A stretch of 64,000 bases of DNA, taken from the IMG/VR virus record IMGVR_UViG_3300033145_000529, positions 64,001 to 128,000 of that record; one strand, written 5' to 3'. The notes beneath the pieces were generated by a model. That model was given only the letters and a program-made list of their open reading frames with translations. It searched no databases and was not told the DNA's origin. Positions 20,386-30,808 of the stretch are shown here, in pieces; positions within the stretch are counted from its first letter, which is position 1, and each line of letters starts with the position of its first letter. Source of the stretch: a virus. The position numbers and the translations under genes were made by a program.

Positions 20386-21002
20386 TGGAGATTATAGAAC
20401 CATCTGTTGAGATTATTGACGATATAAATGAGTTGCAAATTATCACCAAGCTTGAGTTGTGCGGTAGGACTGCTTATAAGTCAGAGGATAAAATTACTAA
20501 AGGTTCTGCGGAGAAGTTTATTCGTAGTATAATTAAATCGGGACACGGTAGTGTTTTAGAGCATACTAATATCACAGTAAAGTTTATATGTGATAGAGGT
20601 GTGACACATGAACTCGTTAGACATCGTATAGCTTCTTATACTCAAGAGTCAACGAGATACTGTAATTACAGTAAAAAGGGTGTAATGTTTATCCGTCCTC
20701 TTTTTTGGGACGAGGGTTCACTGGAATGGGGACTGTGGTATAGAGCAATGCAGGAAGCTGAGATTAGATACAATAAACTAATTAAGCTAGGAGCAACACC
20801 TCAAGAGGCTAGAAGCGTATTACCTAATTCCCTAAAGACTGAAATTGCAACTACTATGAATATCAGAGAGTGGAGACATGTTCTTGGTTTGAGAACGCAA
20901 CCAAATTGTCATCCGCAAATGCGGCAACTTATGTATATACTTTTATTAGAGTTCAGGAAGAAGTTACCCGTTCTATTTGAAGATGTGGGAGTATTAGAAT
21001 AA
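20385..21002 (+). CDS. thyX: FAD-dependent thymidylate synthase
   Basis: GH.SVLEH, THELVRHR.ASYTQESTRY, ARSVLPN. Confidence 0.97.
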   Translation: MEIIEPSVEIIDDINELQIITKLELCGRTAYKSEDKITKGSAEKFIRSIIKSGHGSVLEHTNITVKFICDRGVTHELVRHRIASYTQESTRYCNYSKKGVMFIRPLFWDEGSLEWGLWYRAMQEAEIRYNKLIKLGATPQEARSVLPNSLKTEIATTMNIREWRHVLGLRTQPNCHPQMRQLMYILLLEFRKKLPVLFEDVGVLE

Positions 21003-21004
21003 TA

Positions 21005-21181
21005 ATGCGAAGAAATCGCTTCTATAATTTGTTCACAAAGGAAGAAGAGGAACGTAGAGCAGTAAATTGTTATTATGCTGATTTAATTATTTGTGACAAG
21101 AGAGTTGCGAGTAGGTGTAGGCAGGAGTCGTATAGGTTGTGGCGTAAATGCCCGAAACACAGAGGAGAAGAAAGTGTATGA
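21005..21181 (+). CDS. small hypothetical protein (58 aa)
   Basis: fills gap; ATGA overlap with next gene. Confidence 0.4.
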   Translation: MRRNRFYNLFTKEEEERRAVNCYYADLIICDKRVASRCRQESYRLWRKCPKHRGEESV

Positions 21182-22233
21182 TTGATTGGATTTTTGACAA
21201 GTCAAGACGTTTGACCGAACTTGTTTGTGACCCCGAAAGATACAGCGAAAGTCAAATAGCTAAGATAATGACTGAAGAGTTCGGGGAAGAGTTTTCTAGA
21301 GATGCTGTTCATAATAAAATTTTGCGGCTTAGTGTGAGGTCACTTCTTGATAGACCAATACCAAATAGGATGCCATACTATTCCGCTTACAAGGACATCA
21401 TAGAAGGTATTGAGGATGAACCAGATAAGGTACTTGAGCTTCAACCGAATCAAATGTACCTAGAACTACCAAAGGAAAACTTAAAAATTCTGCATCTTGG
21501 TGACCCCCATATCCCATTTCAGTGTGATGACCAGGTACAGATTGCTATGAATAGAAATGCGTCTGCGGATGTTGTACTAACAACTGAAGTCATTGATTGC
21601 TACTCTATTTCAAGGTTTAATAAGAATCTAAGCGTTCCTTTTGAGGTAGAGATAGACAATGCGGTTAGGTATTTTGAAACCCTGAGTGAGAACTTTCCCT
21701 TAGTTATTGTCACATCGGGCAATCATGACAAAAGGATAGATAAGGCTTTCATGAAAGGTGTTCCACCATCCTTACTGTGGTTGGTTAAAGGCAGTATCCT
21801 GAAGCTGTTAGCGAAACCTTTCCCCAATATTATAGTGTCTGAGACACCTGTTTTACAGATAAATGATGCTGTATTTGCTCATGCAGAGTTCTTCTCAAAA
21901 GTTGATTTGAAGGCGGCAATGAATGTTAGAAGTTTCCTTGATGAATGGAAAGATACGTTAAGTTTACGTGACTTCCGTCTTGTAATAGAGTCTCATACTC
22001 ATATGGTAGGTGCAACTTACAGAAGTGGTAATCTGAAGGTAATGGAAAGTGGATGTCTTTGCAGAGTTCCAGATTATGCTGTTATGGGGTTTTATAGTAA
22101 ACCTCAGACTAATGGATATGTTGTTGTGGTTCAAAAAAATGGGGTTACTGACTTTAATCTTACTAGAGAGTATGTGTTCCCAACAGAGAGGTATACACCA
22201 AATGTCTTCACAGGAGTGAGGATGGAGATATAA
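21178..22233 (+). CDS. calcineurin-like metallophosphoesterase with N-terminal HTH
   Basis: GDPH, GNHD, HTH metal motifs; SD before ATG 21178. Confidence 0.8.
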   Translation: MIDWIFDKSRRLTELVCDPERYSESQIAKIMTEEFGEEFSRDAVHNKILRLSVRSLLDRPIPNRMPYYSAYKDIIEGIEDEPDKVLELQPNQMYLELPKENLKILHLGDPHIPFQCDDQVQIAMNRNASADVVLTTEVIDCYSISRFNKNLSVPFEVEIDNAVRYFETLSENFPLVIVTSGNHDKRIDKAFMKGVPPSLLWLVKGSILKLLAKPFPNIIVSETPVLQINDAVFAHAEFFSKVDLKAAMNVRSFLDEWKDTLSLRDFRLVIESHTHMVGATYRSGNLKVMESGCLCRVPDYAVMGFYSKPQTNGYVVVVQKNGVTDFNLTREYVFPTERYTPNVFTGVRMEI

Positions 22234-22562
22234 TGTATAGAATAGAGGGTGATGGTAGTTATCAGCATACTGTAATTTGGAGAGATGGTGAGCAAATTTC
22301 CTATGAACAATGTGAATTTAGGATAAACCAAGAGGAAGAATGTGTTGCAGTTGTTGATGGTGTATTTGGTACTCTTGACCGTATGTTATTAACTGGTATT
22401 TACATGATAGTAAGCGATGGTAAGTTTACCAATTCTAAGCTGTTCTATATGACAGAAATACTTCACGGTGTTCAGTGGTTGAAAGGTATTATAAAGCAAG
22501 AGGGACATCCTGAGCTACGGTTGGGTACTATATTGTTACCTAATTTTATTGAGGAAGAATAA
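22233..22562 (+). CDS. hypothetical protein
   Basis: translationally coupled ORF. Confidence 0.6.
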   Translation: MYRIEGDGSYQHTVIWRDGEQISYEQCEFRINQEEECVAVVDGVFGTLDRMLLTGIYMIVSDGKFTNSKLFYMTEILHGVQWLKGIIKQEGHPELRLGTILLPNFIEEE

Positions 22563-22987
22563 TGTTTGAAGTGTGGGTAGATGGGTCTGTAAGAAATGGT
22601 AACCCAGGTTTTGGTGGGGTTGGTGTTTACGTAGAACACGATGGTATTGAGGTGTGGAGATACTCTTCACTGTGGGGTGAAGATGTTTCTAATAATCAAA
22701 TAGAATATGCGGCTATGATATATGCTTTAGAGTATTTGCAAGGTATTAATACTACAAATGAACCTTGTAAAATATATACAGACAGTGCCCTTGTTCACGG
22801 TCACGTAGTGAAAAGGTGGAAATGTAATTTTGAGCATCTTAGAATTTTACGAAATGAGGTTATTATGCTAATACGAACTGCGTCTTTTAAGGTGGAGATA
22901 GTTTGGAATGGCAGACTCAGTAATGAAATAGCTAATGAGTTAGCTCAAGCGGTTACAGAAAAGGAGAAATTGGCAAGGAGAGGATGA
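22562..22987 (+). CDS. rnhA: ribonuclease HI
   Basis: VDGSVRNGNPG, SNNQIEYAA, YTDS, NEIANELA. Confidence 0.9.
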   Translation: MFEVWVDGSVRNGNPGFGGVGVYVEHDGIEVWRYSSLWGEDVSNNQIEYAAMIYALEYLQGINTTNEPCKIYTDSALVHGHVVKRWKCNFEHLRILRNEVIMLIRTASFKVEIVWNGRLSNEIANELAQAVTEKEKLARRG

Positions 22988-23394
22988 TGGCAGAGTTTGA
23001 CAAAGTTAAAGATAGCGGCAAACATCAAGAATTTGAAACTGGTAGTAAAAGAGATACTAGGGACGGGAAGGGACGTTTTGACCTTATCCCATCATATGCT
23101 TTAACTAGGCTTGCTAGGCACTATGAGAATGGTGCTAAGAAATATGGTGATAGAAACTGGGAAAGGGGGCAACCCCTGGCTCGATATTTGGATTCTATGA
23201 TTCGGCATGCTTATAAGTTTTTGGGTGGCAGCCAAGAGGAAGACCATCTTGCGGCTGTTGCTTGGAATGCTCTTGCTTATATTGAAACAGAGCATAGAAT
23301 AGAACAGGGGATTCTATCAGTAGACCTTGATGACATAGAATTAGTGAGGAAGATGTTAAATGGAGGGAATAATAAAACTGAACAGAAAACTTAG
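22984..23394 (+). CDS. dATP/dGTP diphosphohydrolase domain protein (DUF5664)
   Basis: GKGRFDLIP, GAKKYGDRNWERG, EDHLAAVAWN. Confidence 0.85.
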   Translation: MMAEFDKVKDSGKHQEFETGSKRDTRDGKGRFDLIPSYALTRLARHYENGAKKYGDRNWERGQPLARYLDSMIRHAYKFLGGSQEEDHLAAVAWNALAYIETEHRIEQGILSVDLDDIELVRKMLNGGNNKTEQKT

Positions 23395-23620
23395 GAACGA
23401 TGGTCGTAAGTTTTGTTCTTCTTGTAATAGAGAGGTATCATTAGACTTATTTTCTGGTAATACCGCTTCGTGTAAAGATTGTAAGAATAAAAGAGGATAG
23501 ATTGATACCAGAAAAAGGTTATACTCAAGGTAACGTGGTTTGGTGTGTTTGGTGGGTTAACAGGATGAAGTTTGAAATGGATAGTGGTACGTTTTATAGT
23601 AGAGTTCAATTGATTATGGA
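23360..23620 (+). pseudogene. decayed Zn-finger/HNH-type endonuclease remnant
   Basis: KFCSSC...CKDC followed by stop and broken frames. Confidence 0.35.
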
Positions 23621-23628
23621 GCACAGAT

Positions 23629-24033
23629 ATGAGCAGTAAACATAAAAGTCATAGCTTAGATAAGGAATGTCTTTGTCCAAAGTGTCATTTACGGTTCGTT
23701 TGTTTTACTGAGGAACGAGTGTTCTCTGACCCCATATATCAGGGGTTGTTTGAAGCATTGATGGCTCAAGGGAAGTCTAGGGAAAAAGCTCTTGACGAAG
23801 TGACGGCTGAAATTAAGTTTAGGATGAATAACCCTATCGAAATAGGTGGTGGAAGTAATGGTACAATGTACCCACTTCCAACTACAATACCAGCTATCAC
23901 ACCAAATATTCAACCAGATGTACAACCTTGGATAGTGATTTCCGAGTATTCTGATACTGTTAATGACAAAGGAGAAGTGCAGGTGAATTATACTATGTAT
24001 GATGGGAAGGAAGTTAGCTGGTTATGCAAATAA
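23629..24033 (+). CDS. hypothetical protein with CxxCxxRFxCxT motif
   Basis: CPKCHLRFVCFT near N terminus. Confidence 0.65.
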   Translation: MSSKHKSHSLDKECLCPKCHLRFVCFTEERVFSDPIYQGLFEALMAQGKSREKALDEVTAEIKFRMNNPIEIGGGSNGTMYPLPTTIPAITPNIQPDVQPWIVISEYSDTVNDKGEVQVNYTMYDGKEVSWLCK

Positions 24034-26012
24034 ACTTAGACAATTATGAACTCATTGAGAAAAATGCAGAAATACCTTTAATCTTGGTAGAGGCGGAACA
24101 GTGCAAGTATATAGGTCTTGATACTGAGAATAAGGGCGGACTTGACATTCTTGCACCAGGAGTTAAGCTACTTCTTGTTCAGCTTGAAATAAAGGGCAAA
24201 GCATATATTATTGATGCCCGAAAGGTTGATATATCTCTTTTAAGTGACTTATTAATGAACAGGAAGCGATGGATTAAAATTGTCCAAAACGCTAACTATG
24301 ATTACAAAATTTTGAAAGTGCTACGTGGAATTCCTCTTCGTGGAGTCTTTGACACTAAGATAGCGGAGTCATTATTGCATATGGGAATAGGAAAAGGGGG
24401 AAATTCTCTTGATAATCTTTCACTCAAGTACCTAGACTACAAGATGGATAAGGATATTGTGTTAACATTTGTTAACCATCCTGATGATGCACCGTTTACA
24501 GAGGAACAACTTCGCTATGCGGCTGGCGATGTTCTTGTTCTCCCAGGAATACGTAAACGACAACAAATGTATTTGAATCAGTATAGGCTTAATCCAATTG
24601 CTGAATTGGAGTTTGCTTTAGTTGAATCAGTGGCGGAAATGGAACTTGCTGGTATTACTCTAGATTCTGAGATGTGGAATAAAAGCTTAGATAACACTAA
24701 GAAGAAGTTATTTAAAATAAGTACTGAATTGAGGCAGGTTTTACCAGATCCACCAGTACCACCTCCCAAACTAGTGAGATTGAAGAAGGATGGTACTCCA
24801 TATGCCAATACACCCAAATCAAAACCACCACCAGTTCTTAATCTCGATAGTTGGCAACAGCTTGTACAGGCTTTTAATGAAATTGGTGTAGACTTACGGG
24901 AGGTCAATAAGAAGACGAGGAAAGGTCCAACTAATAGTGGAACTATAAAAGTCGCTCAAAGTGTCTACAATAGTGATTCTGTGAAAGCTACCACGCTTAA
25001 AAACCTAATAAAATATAGGGGACTTAATCAGGTCAAGAAAACTTTTGGTGATAATCTTATTAATTGTATTAGAGATGATGGAAGAATCCATGCGAGATTT
25101 CATCAGAATGGAACTGAAAGTGGGCGGTTTAGTAGCTCTGCCCCCAACCTTCAAAATATTCAGAAGAAGGGCAAGGAAGGAGAGATATTAAGGTCTTGTT
25201 TTGTTCCAGCACCAGGTTATAAATTTGTCATTGCTGATTATAGTCAAATTGAATTAAGAATAGTTGCGGAGTTGAGTGGTGACCCTGTAATGTTGGCTAT
25301 GCTTCAAGACCCGAAAGGGGACATTCATCGGGCTACTGCATCTCAAATGTACAAAGTTTCATATGACAGCGTTTCTACGGTATTGAGGAGAGCGGCTAAA
25401 ACCTTGAATTTTGGTATTATTTATGGGATGATGATAAAGACACTTGCAGAGCGTCTTAATTGTTCTTCCACTGAGGCAGACGGTCACCTACGAAGGTATA
25501 ATGAGACATACTCTACTTTGATGGAATGGTTAAAAGATGAGGGTGATGCTGCATATAAGAGAGGTTGGACTAGAACAATTGGTGGTAGAATCAGGTGGTT
25601 TCCCACATTAAATGAGAAAGATTTTGAGACGAAGCGAGAATTTAATAATATGGTTGACTTCTTCAAGCGAGTAGGAAGGAATCACCCTGTTCAGGGGACA
25701 TCTGCTGATATGACCAAGACGTCTATTGTTCTGCTTTATTTTCCTTTGTTACACTTTACATCTAAATTAGTCAATACTATTCATGATGAACTTTGCATTG
25801 AGACACCAATTAAGCATACTATAGAGGTGGCGCATATAGTAAAAGAGAGAATGATTCATGCAGGAGAGCAGTTCTTACACAAAGTTCCTGTCCTAGTAGA
25901 TGTTAAAATAAGAGATTCTTGGTGGGTAAGTGACGATGTACCTGATGATGAAAGTGGGCAACAATTGTGGTTAATGCCACAAAGGTATGGATTGGATGGT
26001 AACGGGCAGTAA
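24024..26012 (+). CDS. polA: DNA polymerase family A with 3'-5' exonuclease
   Basis: LDTE exo I, YAAGDV, SGRFSS..PNLQNI, ADYSQIELR, AKTLNFGIIYG, IHDE. Confidence 0.96.
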   Translation: MQINLDNYELIEKNAEIPLILVEAEQCKYIGLDTENKGGLDILAPGVKLLLVQLEIKGKAYIIDARKVDISLLSDLLMNRKRWIKIVQNANYDYKILKVLRGIPLRGVFDTKIAESLLHMGIGKGGNSLDNLSLKYLDYKMDKDIVLTFVNHPDDAPFTEEQLRYAAGDVLVLPGIRKRQQMYLNQYRLNPIAELEFALVESVAEMELAGITLDSEMWNKSLDNTKKKLFKISTELRQVLPDPPVPPPKLVRLKKDGTPYANTPKSKPPPVLNLDSWQQLVQAFNEIGVDLREVNKKTRKGPTNSGTIKVAQSVYNSDSVKATTLKNLIKYRGLNQVKKTFGDNLINCIRDDGRIHARFHQNGTESGRFSSSAPNLQNIQKKGKEGEILRSCFVPAPGYKFVIADYSQIELRIVAELSGDPVMLAMLQDPKGDIHRATASQMYKVSYDSVSTVLRRAAKTLNFGIIYGMMIKTLAERLNCSSTEADGHLRRYNETYSTLMEWLKDEGDAAYKRGWTRTIGGRIRWFPTLNEKDFETKREFNNMVDFFKRVGRNHPVQGTSADMTKTSIVLLYFPLLHFTSKLVNTIHDELCIETPIKHTIEVAHIVKERMIHAGEQFLHKVPVLVDVKIRDSWWVSDDVPDDESGQQLWLMPQRYGLDGNGQ

Positions 26013-26190
26013 AGTTGATGACGCTATTACTTGTATTGTAGCGATATACCGCACTTGTCGGCAAGCTGTCATCTACAAATATACTAGAAAGATACCCGCA
26101 TAATGAAGAATTGCCAGGATTAGAGGAGGAGTGCGAAAAATGTGAATTTAGTTTTTTGCGTGCTTCTTCTAGGAGTAGAAGTCATGTATC

Positions 26191-26784
26191 ATGGGGGTAA
26201 GTAAGGAGAGGTTAATGAAAGAACATACAAGTCAACATGAGTGGGATTTACATTTTATGAGAGAGACTAAGCTTTGGATGGGGAGGAGCAAATGTCTTTC
26301 CAGACAAATCGGTGCTGTTTTAGTTCAAGGTAAGCATATTATAGCAAGTGGGTACAATGGACCTCCAATGGGTGTTCCCCATTGTGACCATAGAAATAAT
26401 CAAGGATACTACACTAATTTTGTTGAGGAGAAGTGTCCACGACAAAGAATGGGGTTTAAGAGTGGTGAGGGTATGGAGCATTGTGTTGCTGTTCATGCAG
26501 AGATAAACCCCATTATGCAGGCGGCAAAAATGGGCATCTCAACTAGAGGTGCAACGCTCTATTGCTATTGTGGTACACCTTGCATTAACTGTACAAAAGA
26601 GATTATACAAGCTGGAATAACGAGAATAGTTTGTCTTGGCAAAAGTGGAACTTCTCATGCACAAATAAAAGATGGGGATAACCCCACAAAGAGAGGATAC
26701 AACTTTCCATTGTCGGAGAAGATACTTGAACTGGTTGGAGTTAAATTAGATGTAATTACCGAAGAAGAGGTAAATAGTGGCTAA
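26191..26784 (+). CDS. dCMP deaminase
   Basis: SKCLSRQIGAV, GYNG, HAEIN, PCINC. Confidence 0.93.
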   Translation: MGVSKERLMKEHTSQHEWDLHFMRETKLWMGRSKCLSRQIGAVLVQGKHIIASGYNGPPMGVPHCDHRNNQGYYTNFVEEKCPRQRMGFKSGEGMEHCVAVHAEINPIMQAAKMGISTRGATLYCYCGTPCINCTKEIIQAGITRIVCLGKSGTSHAQIKDGDNPTKRGYNFPLSEKILELVGVKLDVITEEEVNSG

Positions 26785-27787
26785 GGATATTAAGGAACTT
26801 GTTGACCTAATCTTAAAGAAAACAGACAAAATATTTGTTCCTGAAGGTAAAACGACTTGGAGATTGCCTATGGGCATCCCATCACTAGACCGTATTCTTG
26901 GTGGTGGATTTCCTGGTGGAGCAATTGTTCAGATTTATGGTCCAGAAGAAGCAGGAAAGACAACACTTGCTTATCATGTTGCGGGACAAGCGGTTAAGTT
27001 GGGGTATCCCACATTATACATTGGTTTGGAAGGGTATAGTGAGCAATATGCCAAAGCATGCGGAGTTGATGTAGATAGTGATAAATTTCACCCTGTTTCG
27101 GGGGACTTTGCTGAAGAGGTATTCAATATGTGTATTGAGGGATTACGGAACTATGACTTAAAGGTAGTAGTTATGGATTCCATCACTGCGGCTATACCTA
27201 AAGCTAATATTGAAAAAAAGCAACCTACTGATGCTATGGACAAAGGTCCAAGTCTTGGGGCAAAAGCCCGAACTGTTGGTTATTTTGTGGAACAACTACA
27301 ACACCCCATTAGAAGAAAACACGGTCTTTTTGTCACAGTAAATCAGCTTAGGTCTAATATTGGTAAATTTACTTCGGGATTAAAGCCTTCTGGTGGAATG
27401 GCTTTACAATACTACACGGATGTTAAGATTTCAATGTGGGGTAGTAAGGATAGGTCTACAGGAATCATTGAGAGTAAAGTGACCGTCAACAAAGGTAAAG
27501 AATGGGATGTCGTTCCTTGGGGTGCTACTACTTTGTATATAGAACACGGTAAAGGGATTAGTGTTAACCATGATATTATTACTATCTGTGAGAAGGTAGG
27601 TATAATTAAGAAGAGCGGTTCTTGGTATAATTACGATGATGGGAAGCAGGAGTATAAGTTCCAAGGGATAGCCAAATTTGCAGATGAGTTAGAAAATAAC
27701 TTAGCACTTCGAGAGGAACTTTATAATAAGGCTACCCAGTCACAAGTAGAGGTCGAAGTGACTGAGGAGAATGAAGATGATAAATAA
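26777..27787 (+). CDS. recA: RecA/UvsX recombinase
   Basis: LGGGFP.G, YGPEEAGKTT, VMDSITA, NQLR, SGGMAL. Confidence 0.93.
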   Translation: MAKDIKELVDLILKKTDKIFVPEGKTTWRLPMGIPSLDRILGGGFPGGAIVQIYGPEEAGKTTLAYHVAGQAVKLGYPTLYIGLEGYSEQYAKACGVDVDSDKFHPVSGDFAEEVFNMCIEGLRNYDLKVVVMDSITAAIPKANIEKKQPTDAMDKGPSLGAKARTVGYFVEQLQHPIRRKHGLFVTVNQLRSNIGKFTSGLKPSGGMALQYYTDVKISMWGSKDRSTGIIESKVTVNKGKEWDVVPWGATTLYIEHGKGISVNHDIITICEKVGIIKKSGSWYNYDDGKQEYKFQGIAKFADELENNLALREELYNKATQSQVEVEVTEENEDDK

Positions 27788-27956
27788 TCTTAGTGACCTT
27801 TGGGTTAAAGCTTGTGAAGAACTTCGGTGTTTATCTAAAGATAGACCTTATATACGTAGTGAAGCCACGTTATGGGATGCTTTTAAATTTATGTATATGC
27901 GTAGAGTTAATGGGGGCAAAACAGATGGTCGCAAAGTTTATGGTGAGGTAAAATAA
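27771..27956 (+). CDS. hypothetical protein
   Basis: coupled small ORF. Confidence 0.45.
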   Translation: MKMINNLSDLWVKACEELRCLSKDRPYIRSEATLWDAFKFMYMRRVNGGKTDGRKVYGEVK

Positions 27957-28321
27957 TGTTACCAGAAAGACCGAACATTGAAGAGTTTATAAAGCTTGTT
28001 GACGACCTTGCAGATATACAAGATGAATTAAACAAGCTGGAATATCAATACAGTAAGAAAGTTGCTACTAATGTTCGTAGTGCTATGGAACGTGGTGCAA
28101 AAACTAGGGAGCTTGATTGTGTAAAAGTTCTCGGTAATACCGAGGAAGAGCAAAAAGTTATGGATGGTTTGATGAATTCAATTCATGACAGGAAAAAAGC
28201 GGTAAGGATGTTATGGGGGAAAATAGAGGCATGGAAAGCGAAGAAGGAGCTATATAGGACTGACAGTTATCATCAGATTACTGGTAAACCTGATAAGAGT
28301 TTCTTTTCAGAAGAGGGGTAA
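27956..28321 (+). CDS. hypothetical coiled-coil protein (possible recombination mediator)
   Basis: helical, downstream of recA. Confidence 0.5.
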   Translation: MLPERPNIEEFIKLVDDLADIQDELNKLEYQYSKKVATNVRSAMERGAKTRELDCVKVLGNTEEEQKVMDGLMNSIHDRKKAVRMLWGKIEAWKAKKELYRTDSYHQITGKPDKSFFSEEG

Positions 28322-28328
28322 GACATTT

Positions 28329-29072
28329 ATGGAAATAAGTTATACTATGCTCCATTCTTTAATGGAATGTGAATACAGTTACTACTTGAGATATGTTGAG
28401 AGAGTTCCTATTAGGGAGTCGTCAGCTTCAGTTTATGGGACTGCTGTTCACAGAGCTATACATACAGGATATGAGAATAATCTAGCTAGAGATGACTGGG
28501 CAAAGGTATTTAAACATGAATGGGTAGTTTTAACATCAAGCAAAGATATAGCTTTTTATAATGAGAACGAATATCTGAAGAAGTTCAAGGATGGGCAACA
28601 ACTTCTTTTAGATTATTATGATACATTTGTAAAAAAAGAAAAAAAACCGCCCCAAATGTTAGAATACTTTTTTGGGAGAGATAAAGCTGTAAAGCTTGGA
28701 AAGCATGTTATCATAGGAGTCCTCGACCAAATAGATGCCAGGAGTAGAATTATTGATTATAAAACTGGTATTAAACCAACACAAGCGAAGTTAGACCTTG
28801 ATTTACAGTTTACAATTTACAGCTATGCTTATAGACAACTGTTTGACCGAGAAGAAAGTGGTCTTGTTTTGAGGCATCTTGGTACTATGAAAGATATGAA
28901 AACAAAACGTACTGAAGAAGATTTTGAGCTTGTCAAGGAAGAAGTTGATAAGGTTGAGAGAAGATTGAAAGGTAAAATATTTGTTAGGAATTTAGGTAGG
29001 GGGTGTGCTAATTGTTATTTTATTGAACACTGTCTAGGCAAGGAGAGGAAAATTGGGAGAAGTTGGGCATAA
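28329..29072 (+). CDS. PD-(D/E)XK exonuclease (RecB/Cas4-like)
   Basis: ISY...C, GTAVH, GVLDQID, IIDYKTG, QFTIY, CANC..IEHC. Confidence 0.88.
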   Translation: MEISYTMLHSLMECEYSYYLRYVERVPIRESSASVYGTAVHRAIHTGYENNLARDDWAKVFKHEWVVLTSSKDIAFYNENEYLKKFKDGQQLLLDYYDTFVKKEKKPPQMLEYFFGRDKAVKLGKHVIIGVLDQIDARSRIIDYKTGIKPTQAKLDLDLQFTIYSYAYRQLFDREESGLVLRHLGTMKDMKTKRTEEDFELVKEEVDKVERRLKGKIFVRNLGRGCANCYFIEHCLGKERKIGRSWA

Positions 29073-29076
29073 GATT

Positions 29077-29511
29077 ATGTCAACCCTTGTTAAAGAGTTA
29101 TTACGGAATTACTATAATATAGATGATAGCTCTAAACTTGACTTAGATATGGCAATAAAAGCTCTTATTGATAGTGGCAAGTTTAGTGAAGATGAGCGTA
29201 TCATCCTTAAGCTTACTATCGAGCAAGTTCATCATAGTGGTATTTCTAGAGTTGTGGGGCGGCAAAAGAGTGCTGTTAATGCTAAGATTAATAAGATTGC
29301 TAAGAAAATTGCTGATTATTTAGGTGCTGAATACCAAGATGAAAAGATTTTAAAAGAAGTTGAATTTAGATTAGGTCGAGCACTTACCCCTGACGAAGAA
29401 AAATTTTGTTGGAAAATTATTCGGGCTGGTCGTCCAATAAAGGGGATAAACATTTTTAACTTTAAGGCTAGGAAGTATGCAAAGAGAGGAAAGGATAAAG
29501 CAAAGGGATAG
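29077..29511 (+). CDS. HTH protein (sigma region-4-like)
   Basis: ERIIL...ISRVVG..KSAVN..INKI. Confidence 0.5.
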   Translation: MSTLVKELLRNYYNIDDSSKLDLDMAIKALIDSGKFSEDERIILKLTIEQVHHSGISRVVGRQKSAVNAKINKIAKKIADYLGAEYQDEKILKEVEFRLGRALTPDEEKFCWKIIRAGRPIKGINIFNFKARKYAKRGKDKAKG

Positions 29512-30292
29512 GTGGGTTTGTAAAAGGTGCGGGAAGAAGTTTGAAGGTTTGGTTCTCTGTAAGTTTGACCTTACTGCTGACACTGATAATTGCTATATTA
29601 CCTTCTGTACGGAATGTTTAAAGTGGGCATTTGATAATCTAGAGGAAACAAAACAACTATGCACAAAACTTTTACGACGTAATAAGATTGTGTTGGTTGG
29701 AGATTGTCATGGCAATTTCGAGAAATTAGACGCTGTTCTGACTGCTGAAGAACCATTTGACTTTTTCATTTCGGTAGGTGATGTTGGTTCTCTAAATGAC
29801 GTAACTCCACAAAACATTTCACTAATTGAGAAGTGGCAAAATGGGTACTTTGTTCGTGGTAATCACGATGATGTGGAATTCTTCAAACCCCTTGAGATTG
29901 TGCAAACTATAAATGGGGTACAAGTAGCAGCATTAAATGGGATGCTAAAGTCACGAACGTTCCTCAAGGAACAATTAAATAATATTTCATTTCGTGAAGT
30001 TCTTTACTTATCACACTTGAACGATATTGACATATTGGTTACGCATCAACCACCAACAGGTCTATTTGGAGGAGTAGGTGAAGCTGTTCTTGAAGAGATG
30101 TTAAATTATCTCGTCCCCAAGATTTATATTTGTGGGCATATTCATAGATACAAACTGAGATTTCATCTTAAAACCTTCGTAATATCACTACCAATGATTC
30201 ATAGAGGTCATGCAGTTGCGTATTTTCAAGGTAGAGATTTGAGAAATTTAGAGGTAGTGTTGAAGAAGGGAAAGAAGTTTATTAGAGTATAA
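29477..30292 (+). CDS. metallophosphoesterase with N-terminal Zn finger
   Basis: GDCHG, VGD, RGNHD, THQPP, CGHIH. Confidence 0.85.
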   Translation: MQREERIKQRDRWVCKRCGKKFEGLVLCKFDLTADTDNCYITFCTECLKWAFDNLEETKQLCTKLLRRNKIVLVGDCHGNFEKLDAVLTAEEPFDFFISVGDVGSLNDVTPQNISLIEKWQNGYFVRGNHDDVEFFKPLEIVQTINGVQVAALNGMLKSRTFLKEQLNNISFREVLYLSHLNDIDILVTHQPPTGLFGGVGEAVLEEMLNYLVPKIYICGHIHRYKLRFHLKTFVISLPMIHRGHAVAYFQGRDLRNLEVVLKKGKKFIRV

Positions 30293-30306
30293 GGAACAAT
30301 TATATA

Positions 30307-30560
30307 ATGATAATTAGAACAGCATTTACATTCGGGGAAAACAACACTAGCAAAGATGGTATCGGCTAGACTAAACCTTAAAGGATATATTCCAGCACTG
30401 ATTCATGAGTATGCTAGGGACTATCACAAAGTGTCATGTAAGACCTAATACCGTGGCGGAGCAGTTCTTAGTGTTCTACAGACAATTGGAGCGGGAAGAT
30501 GAGATGTGCTCTAGTAGCACACAAATTATGTGTACGGATTGTCCAGTCAGGCATTGTAGT
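30307..30560 (+). pseudogene. frameshifted NadR-like P-loop ATPase (AAA_28) remnant
   Basis: SGKTTLAK...EYARDY...EQ...Q..RED...TD.P spread over broken frames. Confidence 0.55.
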
Positions 30561-30610
30561 TAAAGCTTGACACCGAGGGAAACAGAGATTGTTGTTAAAG
30601 GAGAGGAATA

Positions 30611-30808
30611 ATGCCAGTAGATAAACTTGAAAAACTAAGAAAGACAGACATAGACCTTAGTAGCATAACATTAAATGTATTCATGCATAGAGTTATTTGT
30701 TGTTCTGAGTGCGGGGAAACTCAATTTACCTTACGTAGAGTGAGGGATAAAGAAGGCAAGAAGATTAAACCTTCGAAATTCATTTGTGTGGAGTGCTATA
30801 AAGGGTGA
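30611..30808 (+). CDS. small Zn-finger protein
   Basis: CSEC...CVEC; strong SD. Confidence 0.6.
   Translation: MPVDKLEKLRKTDIDLSSITLNVFMHRVICCSECGETQFTLRRVRDKEGKKIKPSKFICVECYKG

Noticed and set aside
22984-23394. Z-base (2-aminoadenine) genome implied by DUF5664
   Set aside because: No PurZ-like gene in the window; the domain is widespread without Z-DNA
24024-27787. Inteins or group I introns in polA, dnaB or recA
   Set aside because: The proteins are of normal length with contiguous motifs
28329-29072. CRISPR-Cas association of the Cas4-like nuclease
   Set aside because: No repeat-spacer array or other cas genes seen; solo Cas4/RecB-like exonucleases are normal in phage replication modules
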